Of a stretch of 64,000 nucleotides of DNA, positions 28,773 through 39,671 are shown piece after piece. The DNA lies in the IMG/VR virus record IMGVR_UViG_3300020419_000859; one strand, written 5' to 3'. The notes below the pieces were generated by a model. That model did not search any database, was not told the DNA's origin, and worked only from the letters and a program-made list of their open reading frames with translations. A program made the translations under genes and the position numbers. The stretch is from a virus. How positions within the stretch are numbered: position 1 is the stretch's first letter; each line of letters begins with the position of its first letter.

Positions 28773-29427
28773 TACATGGAACAATAATCTATTTAAAAAA
28801 TACGCACATAGATTTCAAAAGACATATAATTGGCCATTTGAATTAGAGATATACAATGAAGACGATGATATGTTTGATAGAATACCTGAACTCAAAAAGT
28901 TTATTACTAGAAATCATGTAGACATACCAAGAGGCTTTTTATATGACGCCTGCCGATTTGCATACAAAGTTTATGCATACACACAATCAATATTAGAAAC
29001 AAAAGATTATGATGGTCTTATGTTCATAGACGCCGATACCGTATTCTATAAAAAGATAGATGAGAAATGGGTCAAAAAATATTTACATAGAGAAGACAAG
29101 ATGATAACTCATTTACATAGACCAACATATACAGAGTGTGGTTTTATATACTTCAACATGAGACATAGTTTTATAAAACAATTCGCAGCTGAAATGAGAA
29201 AAATGTATGATGAAGATTTATTATTCAAAGAAGATCAACAACATGATTCATTTATATTTGATATAGTAAGAAATAAAATGGAAAGAGAATATGATATTGA
29301 AAACTATGACATTGGCGATGGTAGATTAGGTCATGTACAAGCTAGATCAATATTAGGTAAAGTAATGGATCATACAAAAGGGGATAGAAAAATAAAAGGT
29401 AGAAGTAAAGAGAACATACAAATATGA
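28753..29427 (+). CDS. Glycosyltransferase (GT-A fold)
   Basis: RFAYKVYA, FIDAD (DxD), ECGF..F, HDS.IFD, H.KG. Confidence 0.7.
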   Translation: MKIKVVSTWNNNLFKKYAHRFQKTYNWPFELEIYNEDDDMFDRIPELKKFITRNHVDIPRGFLYDACRFAYKVYAYTQSILETKDYDGLMFIDADTVFYKKIDEKWVKKYLHREDKMITHLHRPTYTECGFIYFNMRHSFIKQFAAEMRKMYDEDLLFKEDQQHDSFIFDIVRNKMEREYDIENYDIGDGRLGHVQARSILGKVMDHTKGDRKIKGRSKENIQI

Positions 29428-30092
29428 TAAATGTTTTTATAGGTTACGATTATGGCGAACCAGCAGCTTATCATGTACTTGCTGAAAGTATTAGATCACA
29501 CGCAAGTGGTCCTGTTGCAATAACACCATTAGCATTAAATAACTTACCACAATTTAAAAGATCAAAAGAAACCAATCAATCTACAGACTTTGCATTTTCA
29601 AGATTTTTAGTACCATACTTATCAAACTATAAAGGTTGGTCAATCTATATGGATTGTGATATGTTTGTTAGAGACGATATATACAATTTATATAATCATG
29701 CTAGTTTTAAATATTCTGTTATGTGTTGTAAACATGATTATGTACCAAAACAAGATGTAAAATTTAGAGGTGCAAAAAACCAGGCCTTTCCTAAAAAGAA
29801 CTGGTCTAGTGTAATGTTATTTCACAATTCACAATGTACAGCACTAACACCTGAATATGTTAACAAGGCTAGTGGTTTAGAACTACATCAATTCAAATGG
29901 CTAGAAAGAGAACATATGATAGGCGATTTACCACTAGAGTGGAACTGGTTGGTAGGCGAGTATGAATATTATGAGTATGCTAAGAACGTACACTTTACAT
30001 TAGGTGGACCTTGGTATAAAGATTACGAAAATCAAGACTATGCAGATGAATGGCTTGAAATGCATAAACAAACAACACAGGTAGGTTTATGA
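29424..30092 (+). CDS. Glycosyltransferase (GT8-like)
   Basis: VFIGYD, STDFAFSRFLVP, YMDCDM, KNWSSVMLF, EWNWLVG, VHFTLGGPW. Confidence 0.85.
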   Translation: MINVFIGYDYGEPAAYHVLAESIRSHASGPVAITPLALNNLPQFKRSKETNQSTDFAFSRFLVPYLSNYKGWSIYMDCDMFVRDDIYNLYNHASFKYSVMCCKHDYVPKQDVKFRGAKNQAFPKKNWSSVMLFHNSQCTALTPEYVNKASGLELHQFKWLEREHMIGDLPLEWNWLVGEYEYYEYAKNVHFTLGGPWYKDYENQDYADEWLEMHKQTTQVGL

Positions 30093-31003
30093 TTATTGGT
30101 ATATCAGGTGCGTTTAACACAAAGGCTGGTTTTGTTTTCCCTACACACGAAGACTTTAAACTAATATCATGGAAAGATAGAAATCAATATATCAAAACTG
30201 CTAGAGCCTATATTCAATCAAACATATTAGGTAGAATGAAGATAATATATGCTGATATGTATAGACATATATTAGAACAAAAGAAACCTACACTAGTTGT
30301 AGAACAAGCTACATTTAGACAGAATTTAGATATAGATAAGGAAGATTATTACTATAGAGTAGGTAGAGGTTGTTATACTTACGACAATGGTTTTTTTAAT
30401 AATAAAAACTGTAAATCTGATAGGTGGGAACAGATACAGAGAGAACAAAATATAGAAATAAAACCATGGAAGAAAAATGGTGATTACATTTTATTACTAT
30501 TACAAAATCCTATGGACACCAGTTTAAATAATCTAGTAAGTAAAACTAGTGACTATACTGATTGGGTAAAGAATACTATATTAAAAATTTCAGAGTATAC
30601 TGCTGAAGATATTATGGTCAGATTACACCCTAGATTTCCTTTGAGATTTAATTTAAGAGAATTATTAAAATTAAAAGTAAGAAACAATATTATCTTTAGT
30701 AAAAATGTTGGCACAGGATTTAATAAGTCATCTAGTACAGATTTATATAAAGATTTAGATCATGCTAGAGTTGCAATATCATATTCTAGTAATGCATTGA
30801 TAGAAACAGTTTGTGAGGGTATACCTACTATTGCATTATCTAAAACTTCACATGCTTGGCCAGTTGCCTTTCATAATTTAGATGTATTAAAAGAAAGTGT
30901 AATGCCAGAAAAAAGTAGAACACAATGGTTGTACGATACAGCCTATACACAATGGAAAATGTCAGAGATAAACTCTGGAAAGGTACACAAAAGGTTATTA
31001 TGA
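30089..31003 (+). CDS. Putative GT-B / capsule-synthesis-type glycosyltransferase
   Basis: ILLLLQ..D, VRLHPR, L..A..ISYSSN..E...GIP, R..W....AY.QW..EI..G. Confidence 0.55.
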   Translation: MIIGISGAFNTKAGFVFPTHEDFKLISWKDRNQYIKTARAYIQSNILGRMKIIYADMYRHILEQKKPTLVVEQATFRQNLDIDKEDYYYRVGRGCYTYDNGFFNNKNCKSDRWEQIQREQNIEIKPWKKNGDYILLLLQNPMDTSLNNLVSKTSDYTDWVKNTILKISEYTAEDIMVRLHPRFPLRFNLRELLKLKVRNNIIFSKNVGTGFNKSSSTDLYKDLDHARVAISYSSNALIETVCEGIPTIALSKTSHAWPVAFHNLDVLKESVMPEKSRTQWLYDTAYTQWKMSEINSGKVHKRLL

Positions 31004-31830
31004 TTTATTGCCACGCTATGCAAAAAGTGGATTGTTTATCTCACCAGATTTGGCCTGCTATTGAGAAAGGTTTTCCTAAAGATGATAAAGACAAACACTT
31101 TTTTTGGGGACTAGCCGAACAAAACATAAACAAGATTACACAATTAGAGGCAGACAAAACAGATTGGTACTATGTAGATGTAGGTTATCTTACTGAACAA
31201 ATTACCAGATATCCTGAACCTAAAATACATGACTTTGATAAAACATATTTTAGAATTGTAAAAGGTAATATACACACATTAAGAGGTAGTATACAAGGTG
31301 GAGAAGAAAGATTAAAACAACTAGATAAAAAGGGTATAAAATGTACCTTTGATGGTTGGAACATGGGAGAAGGAGATCACATACTAATTTGTCCTTCAAG
31401 TGAGACAGTGACACGTAGACATAATAATATATCACAAGGTAGGTGGGTTGCTAGTGTTATGAATAAACTTACAAAGTTAACAAATAGAGACATACGAGTT
31501 AGAAATAAACCTAGACCAGGAAATGAGTGGTGGGGAAAAGATATAACCGAAGATTTAGATGGTGCTCATTGTTTAATTACTAATATGAGTTTATCAGCCG
31601 TTGACTCTGTGCTATCAGGTATACCAATTATAACAGATACAAGAAACGTTGCATGGCCAGTATCATCAAGATATATAGAATTTGTAAATGACCCTTTAAA
31701 ACCTACACGTCATAAGGTAACACAATGGTTGGAACTATTAGCAAACAATCAGTTTAATCTTACAGAGATAGAAAATGGTACAGCATGGGAAGTATTAAGT
31801 AAACAATCGGATAAATTATTTACAGTATGA
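31000..31830 (+). CDS. Putative GT-B glycosyltransferase, paralog-like to the 30089 protein
   Basis: DVGY, RNKP, L..AHCL.T..S....S...GIP, W...LA.NQF...EI..G; likely start ATG 31000. Confidence 0.5.
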   Translation: MIYCHAMQKVDCLSHQIWPAIEKGFPKDDKDKHFFWGLAEQNINKITQLEADKTDWYYVDVGYLTEQITRYPEPKIHDFDKTYFRIVKGNIHTLRGSIQGGEERLKQLDKKGIKCTFDGWNMGEGDHILICPSSETVTRRHNNISQGRWVASVMNKLTKLTNRDIRVRNKPRPGNEWWGKDITEDLDGAHCLITNMSLSAVDSVLSGIPIITDTRNVAWPVSSRYIEFVNDPLKPTRHKVTQWLELLANNQFNLTEIENGTAWEVLSKQSDKLFTV

Positions 31831-32630
31831 AAAAAATATTATTAGTTAGTGGTTGTAGTTTTACCGATCCACATTGGCATAGTGATATACATCCCGATAT
31901 GATTTGTGATTGGCCTAAATGGCCTCAAATAGTCGCTGATGAATTAAATATGGAGTGTGTTAATCTAGGAGTAAGTGGATCAGGTAATGAAAGAATTTAT
32001 AGTAGTATATCTGATTTTGTCACAACACCTGAAGATCAAACACCTACATTTGTATCAAAAATGCATTTGATGGATAAACATTATGAATTTCCAAAAGGTG
32101 AAATTGGTCTAGTTGTGGCTGCCTGGTCACAAGGTCATAGACGTGATTGGTCTGAATATAGATTTGTTAAAAGAGATCAAAAGAAAGATTTATGGACTAA
32201 TGAAAACTTTGATACAAAAGGAGATTTACATTATCATGTATTAAAGTCAATAAGATTACAATATGCATATCAAAATTTATGTAAACAACTTAATTTAACT
32301 TACTGTCACTTTCAAATGATATCATTATGGAGAGCATGGGTACATTTTAAAGTAAAAGATAAAAATCCAGTTGAATTTGAAAAAGAGTTTTTTGATCTAA
32401 TCAAGAGTACAGGTTATAATGAACTAATAAACAAACATTTTTTAGGTTGGCCATGTGATGTAGTAAACGATAAATATTGGGGAGAAAAGTCCTTTGTACT
32501 ATCTGATTGTTTAAAAGCACAACACAAAGTATCAAACAAAGATGTACACCCTAATAAGATAGGACAAGAACTACTAGCAGAGGAGTTTTTAAAAAGATTG
32601 CATGAAAATAAGATACTACAAAAAGATTGA
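31827..32630 (+). CDS. SGNH-fold hydrolase/acyltransferase-like protein
   Basis: SGCSFT, NLGVSGSGN, D.HPN..G...A. Confidence 0.65.
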   Translation: MKKILLVSGCSFTDPHWHSDIHPDMICDWPKWPQIVADELNMECVNLGVSGSGNERIYSSISDFVTTPEDQTPTFVSKMHLMDKHYEFPKGEIGLVVAAWSQGHRRDWSEYRFVKRDQKKDLWTNENFDTKGDLHYHVLKSIRLQYAYQNLCKQLNLTYCHFQMISLWRAWVHFKVKDKNPVEFEKEFFDLIKSTGYNELINKHFLGWPCDVVNDKYWGEKSFVLSDCLKAQHKVSNKDVHPNKIGQELLAEEFLKRLHENKILQKD

Positions 32631-32847
32631 TGGCTGGCGATGGTTAGGTTTTATACTAGCCATGATTGGTGCATGGGTACTTAGCAATGCTAATCCTGAT
32701 ACACAATGGTTAGGGTGGTCAATTGCAATATCAAGTTGTAGTATCTGGATTTACATGGGTTGGAAAGATAAAGATATACCTAGAGCATTAATGGAGTTGA
32801 TGTATTTGATTATAGCATTGAGAGCAATATGGAATTGGTTAACGTAG
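32602..32847 (+). CDS. Small three-TM membrane protein
   Basis: Hydrophobic segments; W...G...KD pattern. Confidence 0.5.
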   Translation: MKIRYYKKIDGWRWLGFILAMIGAWVLSNANPDTQWLGWSIAISSCSIWIYMGWKDKDIPRALMELMYLIIALRAIWNWLT

Positions 32848-33491
32848 TTTGTTTATATTGGGGAAATAAGTATAGTATTGATTATGTAAATAAACTATAC
32901 AGTATGGTAAAAAGGAACCTTTCTGTACCACATCAATTTATTTGCTACACGAACCACCCTTCACTAACTTTTTCCGAAGGAATTATCACAAAAGGTTTAC
33001 CATTTGACCAATACGAAGGCTGGTTTAATAAACTTACATTGTTTAGTAATGAAGCCGACCTTAAAGGTAATAATCTTTACCTAGACCTAGACGTAGTAAT
33101 ACTAGAAAACTTGGACGAGTTGGCAACGTTTGGCAGTGCCAATACCTTTGGTATCATCAACGATTTTAAACCTAGTAATGTGTACAATTCAAGTGTAATG
33201 AAATTCAACAATATCACAGCTGGCCATATATGGACATCATTTAAGAACGATGAAAATAATATGTTGAGAAATCATGGTGACCAAGAAATCATTAGCCATT
33301 TTATGAAAGACTCACCACATTTGAAGATTATACCAGACGAGTGGACTTTTTCATATAAGTGGTCTGATAGAAAACAACCTAGGATATACAATCCTAATTA
33401 CGAGAGAATGCCTGGTAAGATTGCAGTATTTCATGGTAACCCTAATCCACACGAATCAAGAGAAAAATATATCATTGATAACTGGAAATAG
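32829..33491 (+). CDS. Glycosyltransferase (GT-A fold)
   Basis: VVCLYWGNKY..YVNKLYSMV, GWFNKL.LF, YLDLDVVI, NSSVM, GDQ, VFHG.PNP. Confidence 0.75.
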   Translation: MELVNVVCLYWGNKYSIDYVNKLYSMVKRNLSVPHQFICYTNHPSLTFSEGIITKGLPFDQYEGWFNKLTLFSNEADLKGNNLYLDLDVVILENLDELATFGSANTFGIINDFKPSNVYNSSVMKFNNITAGHIWTSFKNDENNMLRNHGDQEIISHFMKDSPHLKIIPDEWTFSYKWSDRKQPRIYNPNYERMPGKIAVFHGNPNPHESREKYIIDNWK

Positions 33492-33505
33492 AACAAAACC
33501 AGAAC
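33491..33505. promoter_or_regulatory. Putative alphaproteobacterial LexA box
   Basis: GAAC-AAAACCA-GAAC (GAAC-N7-GAAC) upstream of tandem sigma70 promoters. Confidence 0.5.
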
Positions 33506-33547
33506 AAATACGTCAAAAAATTAAGTAAAATCAACGAAAAATAACGC

Positions 33548-33658
33548 TTGCTTTCTAGGCCAGGTCTGATAGGATAATGATATGAAAACAAAAAAGATAT
33601 TAAAAATAACAACTTATACAAATAACTTGTTGCCAAATACATCTTTTTGTGATAGGAT
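33548..33658 (+). promoter_or_regulatory. Tandem sigma70-type early promoters
   Basis: TTGCTT-16-TAGGAT (33548) and TTGCCA-17-TAGGAT (33630), both with extended -10 TG. Confidence 0.65.
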
Positions 33659-33688
33659 TTATAATATAAACAAAAAAGGAGATACACT

Positions 33689-34299
33689 ATGTCAAAAGTA
33701 AAACAATGGGCTGAAAACACAGCAGAGGAAAAAGTAGATAAGATTATCTTAAACTACAAAAACAACTTAATCAATAAAGATACTGCTGTCAAAGAAATTA
33801 TGGAAGTTGATAATTTAGATTTGATTGGTATTGATGAACACAATGTTGAAGAATGCATTGAAGATACATTTTACGATAAGGTTGAAGCCTAATGAATAAA
33901 AGTAAAACATTTAATATAGTTTACGGTAGAGAATACCAAGATTCAGATGAGAGATATGATGAATTTTTTTACATCTATAATACAGTATTCAGAAACGTAG
34001 ATATGAAACACCTTAAAACTGCCAATAGTTTTAAAGAAAAAATTAGAAAGTATTGTGATAAGAATTTTAATGAGACAGCTAGTAATTTTATAGGAAATAC
34101 TACAGTTAAAATTATACATGGTGATGACTATTATACAACTTACGAAGATGTATTTGGTACAGAGACCGTTGGAACTGATAACTCATTATTTAATGATTAT
34201 GGTCAATTGTGGAATGGTAGACAATTCTTTAAAAAAGATTATAATCCAAAACTAACAGAAAAGTATACGTACAAAAATTTAAATAGAGAGGCAAGCTAA
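33689..34299 (+). CDS. Two hypothetical early proteins (33689-33892, 33892-34299)
   Basis: SD AGGAG; coupled ORFs. Confidence 0.5.
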
Positions 34300-34592
34300 T
34301 GAAATACGGTGAAGATTTGATTTGTGATGAGATAAAAGAATATATTAAAAGTACATATGGTCAACACTACAGTACAACGGAAGACGGTTTCCAGGTGCAA
34401 GATATGTTGAGACAATTAGGAATTGATAAAGATTTTTGCCAAGCTAATGCCATTAAGTATCTTTGCAGATATGGTAAAAAAGACGGTAAAAACAGAAAAG
34501 ATTTATTGAAAGCTATTCATTATATAGTTTTATTGATGAGTAGTGAAGATAAAAATACAATAACTATAGACGAAAATTATAAAGGAGGATAA
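34299..34592 (+). CDS. DUF3310-family protein
   Basis: HY....Q.......FC..NAIKYL.RYGKK.G....DL.KA..Y. Confidence 0.75.
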   Translation: MKYGEDLICDEIKEYIKSTYGQHYSTTEDGFQVQDMLRQLGIDKDFCQANAIKYLCRYGKKDGKNRKDLLKAIHYIVLLMSSEDKNTITIDENYKGG

Positions 34593-34596
34593 CACT

Positions 34597-35464
34597 ATGG
34601 CTGAAGTACAAACAGATGTAATGTTTTTTAAAGATGATGTAGGTAAGAACCTATACAGAAAGAAAACATACTATACACTTGTTGTAGAACAAGATGTATT
34701 AGCAAATACAAAAGATGAGGCAGATACCTTGTTTACGGACCACGGAGGTCTTAAACATAGTAATATTACAAAAGATATTACAGACACCAACGAGGGTATT
34801 GAAACATTTATGGTTGACGCCAACTATACAGATTCAGATACAGCAAAGTTTATTGGTAAAGTCAAATACGATACTGATACTTACAATCAAACTTTAGATG
34901 AAGCTATTGAGGCTCAAGATATTCATATTGATACATGGGCTGAAGAAGACGAACCACATCAACTAACAAAGATTAGTCTAAAAGAAGAATCAGATGTTGA
35001 TGTACAGTTAAATTTAGAAGCTGAGGCTCAAAGAGGTAAATAATGAGTAAAGACGATATATTAGGATATTCTAGTCACGATTGGAGGAAACATACTGATA
35101 GCGCTGTTGTTTGTGACAGTGAAAATGGTATGATGAAAGTAAATGATTCAAAGGTTTACTTTACCAATCCTAGAACTTTGCAAGACGAAGAAGTGGACTT
35201 ATCCAGATTGGTAAGAGTCTACGTTAACAATAAAACATCACAGAAAAGGAGTGTCAAATAATGTCAGTAATGCATGATTTGGAAAGACCACTTAATGATC
35301 TCAAAGAGATTAAGAGTTTATTAAGTGCAGGTGCAAATATCGGTGCGATGAATTTGATTGAGAAAAAAATCAAAGAATATGAGACGGATATTGACGCTGT
35401 TGAGGCTTATTTCAATAGTGACGACTTTAAGAAACATGGTAAAAGGGCAACGGATACTGAATAA
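34597..35464 (+). CDS. Three hypothetical early proteins (34597-35043, 35043-35261, 35261-35464)
   Basis: Strong SDs; TAATG coupling. Confidence 0.5.
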
Positions 35465-35473
35465 TTTAGCTGG

Positions 35474-35502
35474 TTGCCATTTACTACGAAATATGATAGT
35501 AT
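35474..35502 (+). promoter_or_regulatory. Sigma70-type promoter
   Basis: TTGCCA-17bp-TAGTAT. Confidence 0.65.
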
Positions 35503-35526
35503 TATTAACTTAACGGAAGGAAAACT

Positions 35527-36345
35527 ATGTCATTTAGATACGATAAAGATAATTTGTTCAAAGAATTTGAGATTGCAAAACAAAAAGACTTTGCATTATC
35601 AAAATTAAAAGACCAAGACGCAAAAGAAAACGACTATTTTACTAATAGAATCAAATTTTGTGTAGACCATAAAAACTTAAAGATATCAAATCCATCTTAT
35701 TATGAGAATGTTGATATTAATTTTGCCAATTTAGAGATAGCCTACAGATCAACTAATCCTAGAGACCACTTCTATAAAGTAGTCTTTGGTATGACGTATG
35801 CAGAAAAGAAAGCAAAAGAAACCGCTGAACACGAAGCAAACTTAAACAAGAATGAAGAAGCTTAAAGAAAGATATAAACCAATTAATTTAAAGATGTATC
35901 ATGGCGTCAAAGAAATGCCTGATTACACCTTGTCTATTAATGGTTTACCAATGAACTCGTTACCTACGAGTGACAGAATTTCAGGCAGTTGTACTAAACG
36001 TAGTGCTCCTAAAGTTGAGTTGCCTGCTGGTAAAACAATAGGGATCGGTTACAATAAAGGGACATACCAGGTTGTAGATTCATCCGATTTCAAAACTATG
36101 GGACGTAAAGTATGAGAACTTTAATGATGTTAACTATTGTTGCTTTAATGACAGCGACTATAGCTAAAAGTGATGAGAAGAAGACGATTACACCACAAGA
36201 GTTTGGTAATGCAATTGCAGAAACACCAGGCAAACTTGTAAACTTTATTGGTGCTGAAGTTGAAAAGACTAAAGAGTATCAAAAAAAGTCATGGGCTGAA
36301 ATGAAAACAAAATGGCCTTGGACAATGTTCAACAAGAAAGACTAA
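35527..36345 (+). CDS. Three hypothetical proteins (35527-35865, 35852-36115, 36112-36345; the last has a signal peptide)
   Basis: Coupled ORFs after a promoter. Confidence 0.5.
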
Positions 36346-36815
36346 TGAGAACTATACTAATTATTGTACTTAGCTTATTACTTACAAACTGTGCCTCTAA
36401 TAGATCACAAGTAGGCGCAGTTTTAGGTTCAACAACCACCACTGGTGCGTGTGTAGAAATGGGAGTTAATGACCCATATGCTATCGCTGGTTGTGCTGTT
36501 GTTGGTGCTTTTGCTGGTGCAGAAATTATGTATAATTCAGACTACGATGTACACAATGCCGTATTCGTAGATCATTTAAACACAAGTCCAAATGGGTCTT
36601 CTTATACCAATTGGTACAATCAAGAGACAGGTAACTCTGGTATAATTAAGATTACAAAGTCATATCTAGTTGAAGATATTAAGTGTAAAGATTATGACGC
36701 TACAGTGGACATAACTAACAAATGGCCTTTGATTGGTGTAGGAGGTGTAAATAGAAACACTATATTTGGTACAGCATGTCAAATGCCTGATGGAAAGTGG
36801 ATAGAAAAACCATGA
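36345..36815 (+). CDS. Glycine-zipper lipoprotein (Rickettsia 17-kDa antigen-like)
   Basis: Lipobox LTNC, G-zipper, W.N..TGNSG, C..Y, GTAC..PDG.W. Confidence 0.75.
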   Translation: MRTILIIVLSLLLTNCASNRSQVGAVLGSTTTTGACVEMGVNDPYAIAGCAVVGAFAGAEIMYNSDYDVHNAVFVDHLNTSPNGSSYTNWYNQETGNSGIIKITKSYLVEDIKCKDYDATVDITNKWPLIGVGGVNRNTIFGTACQMPDGKWIEKP

Positions 36816-37802
36816 TACATAAAGTAAGTGACCTTTGTAAGAAGATTGACGGTATAAAAAAAGTGAGTGATAGATTATATAACTTGAAATACAATAATCC
36901 TAAAACTCCTGAAAGAGACGCTGAAGTTGATAATCTTGTTGCAGATGTACAAATGCAGTGTAAACTAATCGCAAGTGACAAGGAGAAATATGCCGGATAA
37001 TAATCACGTTGTAGATAACCTTAATAAAAGAAAAGAAGAAATAGAGGAAGAACTAGAATTTAAAACTAGCAAACCTTTAGAAGACGAGTTATACGAAATA
37101 AAAGATACATTAAAAAAACTAAACAATGAATAGAATAATACAGATAACTATATTGGCTATGTTGGTCTACTTGACAATATCAGTACATAAATTAAATGAA
37201 AAGGTATTTCCAGACCCTAATGTAATGATACCTTTATTGAGAACATACTAATGAAAAATTTTATTGATCCTAAAAATCCTAATACAGTTGGTAAAAGTAT
37301 TGTAAATTTAGGTAACCATATACTAGTTGTGTGTTTTATTCTAGCGATACTATTTGTAGTCAAAGCTAGTTATGCAGATGTGCCTGGATTAACAGACGAT
37401 CTATCTGGTAATACTGTACCAGTGAAAGAGGTCAAAGTATCTAGTACCGTTGATAAGACAATTGAGGTATTAGAGAAGATTGAAAGAGTTGAGAAAGAAA
37501 AAGGAAAAGTTTATTACGATAAGATCACGACTATTGAACCTACAAAAGCCGCTGATCAATATTGTTATGTCAAAATTACTATCAAGCAAGTAGGTGATAA
37601 CATCTACAAAGAGGAAACTCTTGAATGTGCTGATGGTAGAAAAAAGGTAGACGGTCCTAGTTATTGGGAACTGTTTGCTCAATTCTACTATAGAGATATA
37701 TCTACACCAGAGTACTGTAGACGTTATAGTAGAAAAAACCATGTCTTTAAAACGTTCGGAAAGACATGTTTAAACAAGGACGGTGAATGGAAGGTAAAAT
37801 AA
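36812..37802 (+). CDS. Small hypotheticals (36812-37000, 36990-37133, 37126-37251) and a membrane-anchored Cys-containing protein (37251-37802)
   Basis: Coupled ORFs; the last ends in a C...DG.W motif like the preceding lipoprotein. Confidence 0.45.
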
Positions 37803-37892
37803 TGATTAAAAACTTGATCATTTTATCACTTTTATTTGTAATAATTACTGGTGTCTCGGCTGGTGAGTTTTTGGACTATGTACAAATGGGAC

Positions 37893-37921
37893 TTGACAAA
37901 TTAGGCGAGTTGGTATATACT
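37893..37921 (+). promoter_or_regulatory. Sigma70-type promoter
   Basis: TTGACA-17bp-TATACT. Confidence 0.75.
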
Positions 37922-37944
37922 ATGAAAAGTGAGGTAAATAATAT

Positions 37945-38565
37945 ATGATGAAAAAAACAATGAAACTCGTAGGAGTTGTAGTGGCAGGACTGTTGGTTGC
38001 CAATTGTTCAGCTACTTATCAAATGAAATCAGAGAAAGGTAAAGTATTAAATCAAGTACCAAAGTGGTACATGGCCGATTTTTCTGAATCAAAAGCGTGT
38101 GATACACCGAAGTTTGGTAAAGACAAAGATAAAATGTGTATCTTTGGAGTTGGTACTGCCGTATCTCCAGACCTTAATCTAGCAATAGAAAAAGGAATGA
38201 TGATTGCGAAAGCAGAGTTGGCCGACATTATCAAAGGCGAAATGAATAAATCGTCTAAACAGTTTATTACTGAACTAGGTAAAACTCATAACAAAACTAC
38301 AGTATCAGAGGTTGAGTCTACAATTGTAAACTTAATTAAAGATACACCTGTTAGAGGTTATGAAATCTTTGCTAAAGATGTCACAATAACAAAACAAGGT
38401 TACTACAGAGCATGGATTGGTTTAAGATTACCAATGGGTGAATACAATAAAATGTATAACTTTACCATTGCAGAAGCAGTTGACTCTTATAATGTTAAGA
38501 AAAAAGCTGACGTAGCCTATGAAAACTTAATGAAAGCAGACAATGGCGATAGTAATATACAGTAA
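37945..38565 (+). CDS. LPP20-like lipoprotein
   Basis: Lipobox VANC; VPKWY, GVG.A.S....A...A...AK..LA. Confidence 0.7.
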   Translation: MMKKTMKLVGVVVAGLLVANCSATYQMKSEKGKVLNQVPKWYMADFSESKACDTPKFGKDKDKMCIFGVGTAVSPDLNLAIEKGMMIAKAELADIIKGEMNKSSKQFITELGKTHNKTTVSEVESTIVNLIKDTPVRGYEIFAKDVTITKQGYYRAWIGLRLPMGEYNKMYNFTIAEAVDSYNVKKKADVAYENLMKADNGDSNIQ

Positions 38566-38812
38566 AAACAATTGTGTGTTTTGTACCAAGGCCAAAGAAC
38601 TTGTAAAAAATCTTGGCCTTGAATACGAGGAGAAGAATCTAGAGAAAGATTTTGATTCTAATCCAGTTAAACTGATAGAAGATATTGGTAAAAAAGTTAT
38701 GTCTATGCCACAAATTAAAATAGATGGTAAATTAGTTGGTGGTTATAATCAATTACTGGAATATTTTGTTGAAGAAGGAAAGATAAACTTTAAAGGCGAA
38801 ATAATTAAGTAA
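38543..38812 (+). CDS. Glutaredoxin (NrdC-like)
   Basis: IYSK..CVFC..AK, SMPQI.IDG..VGGY. Confidence 0.9.
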   Translation: MAIVIYSKNNCVFCTKAKELVKNLGLEYEEKNLEKDFDSNPVKLIEDIGKKVMSMPQIKIDGKLVGGYNQLLEYFVEEGKINFKGEIIK

Positions 38813-39300
38813 TGAATGACGACAAGGATAATATTATACAGTTTCCTACCAACAAGATTGTTAGGCACAATAATAGTCCTTTAACTGAACACCAAAAGGT
38901 ACAGAATAAACTTAACGAACAATTAAAGAAAGTACAAACAAAACAATACATTGAACATCAAGTAGATGATATTGTGATGAACTTAATCAATAGTTTTCTA
39001 GACATGGCAATTAAAACAGACAAGGTAACATTTACAAAAGACCTGGCCATGGTAGTTGACGCAATGAGAGGTTTAATTTACAGAGACTTTGGTATTAGGC
39101 ATACTTCTCACTCTTTAATTGATAAGATAGTTGATGTAAAACAAATGAAAAATGGTAATAGAACAGCTACTATAGATTACAGTAGAGTAGTTGAGGCAAG
39201 TCAGCCTACAAAACCATTTAATAAAGAATTAAAAACTGAACTAGATGATTTATCAAACGGTTCAGGAATGTTTGAGCCAGATGATGACTTGGACAAATAA
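38812..39300 (+). CDS. Hypothetical protein
   Basis: Coupled ORF; NIIQFP N-terminus. Confidence 0.5.
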   Translation: MNDDKDNIIQFPTNKIVRHNNSPLTEHQKVQNKLNEQLKKVQTKQYIEHQVDDIVMNLINSFLDMAIKTDKVTFTKDLAMVVDAMRGLIYRDFGIRHTSHSLIDKIVDVKQMKNGNRTATIDYSRVVEASQPTKPFNKELKTELDDLSNGSGMFEPDDDLDK

Positions 39301-39368
39301 CAGAATTACTCCGGTAATCGCCTTAACAGGTTGTAAAATAGAAAACAATAAAAAAGGAGACTTAAACT

Positions 39369-39662
39369 ATGTTTAAATCTATTAAAAAAGTGTTTGGCAG
39401 AGGTAGACCAGCACTATCAAAAACTCAAAAGGTATTAAATCTTTTGAATAAAGGTGAAGCAGTTTCTTGGAAAACTTTGAGAAATGTGTACGACCTTAAA
39501 TCGCCAAGAGCGATGGTTGATAAATTAAGATCACAAGGTAATATGATCTATATCAACAAAACAAACAAAGGTACTTCATACAGAGTTGGTACACCTACAA
39601 AAGCTATCATAGCTGCTGGTATCAACAAGTTATATGGAACACCTTTCGCATATAAAAACTAA
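39369..39662 (+). CDS. Small basic winged-HTH DNA-binding protein with an AT-hook-like GRGRP
   Basis: GRGRP; K...VL.LL..G..VSW..LR.......RA.V..LR..G..IY. Confidence 0.55.
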   Translation: MFKSIKKVFGRGRPALSKTQKVLNLLNKGEAVSWKTLRNVYDLKSPRAMVDKLRSQGNMIYINKTNKGTSYRVGTPTKAIIAAGINKLYGTPFAYKN

Positions 39663-39671
39663 TATAGTTAA

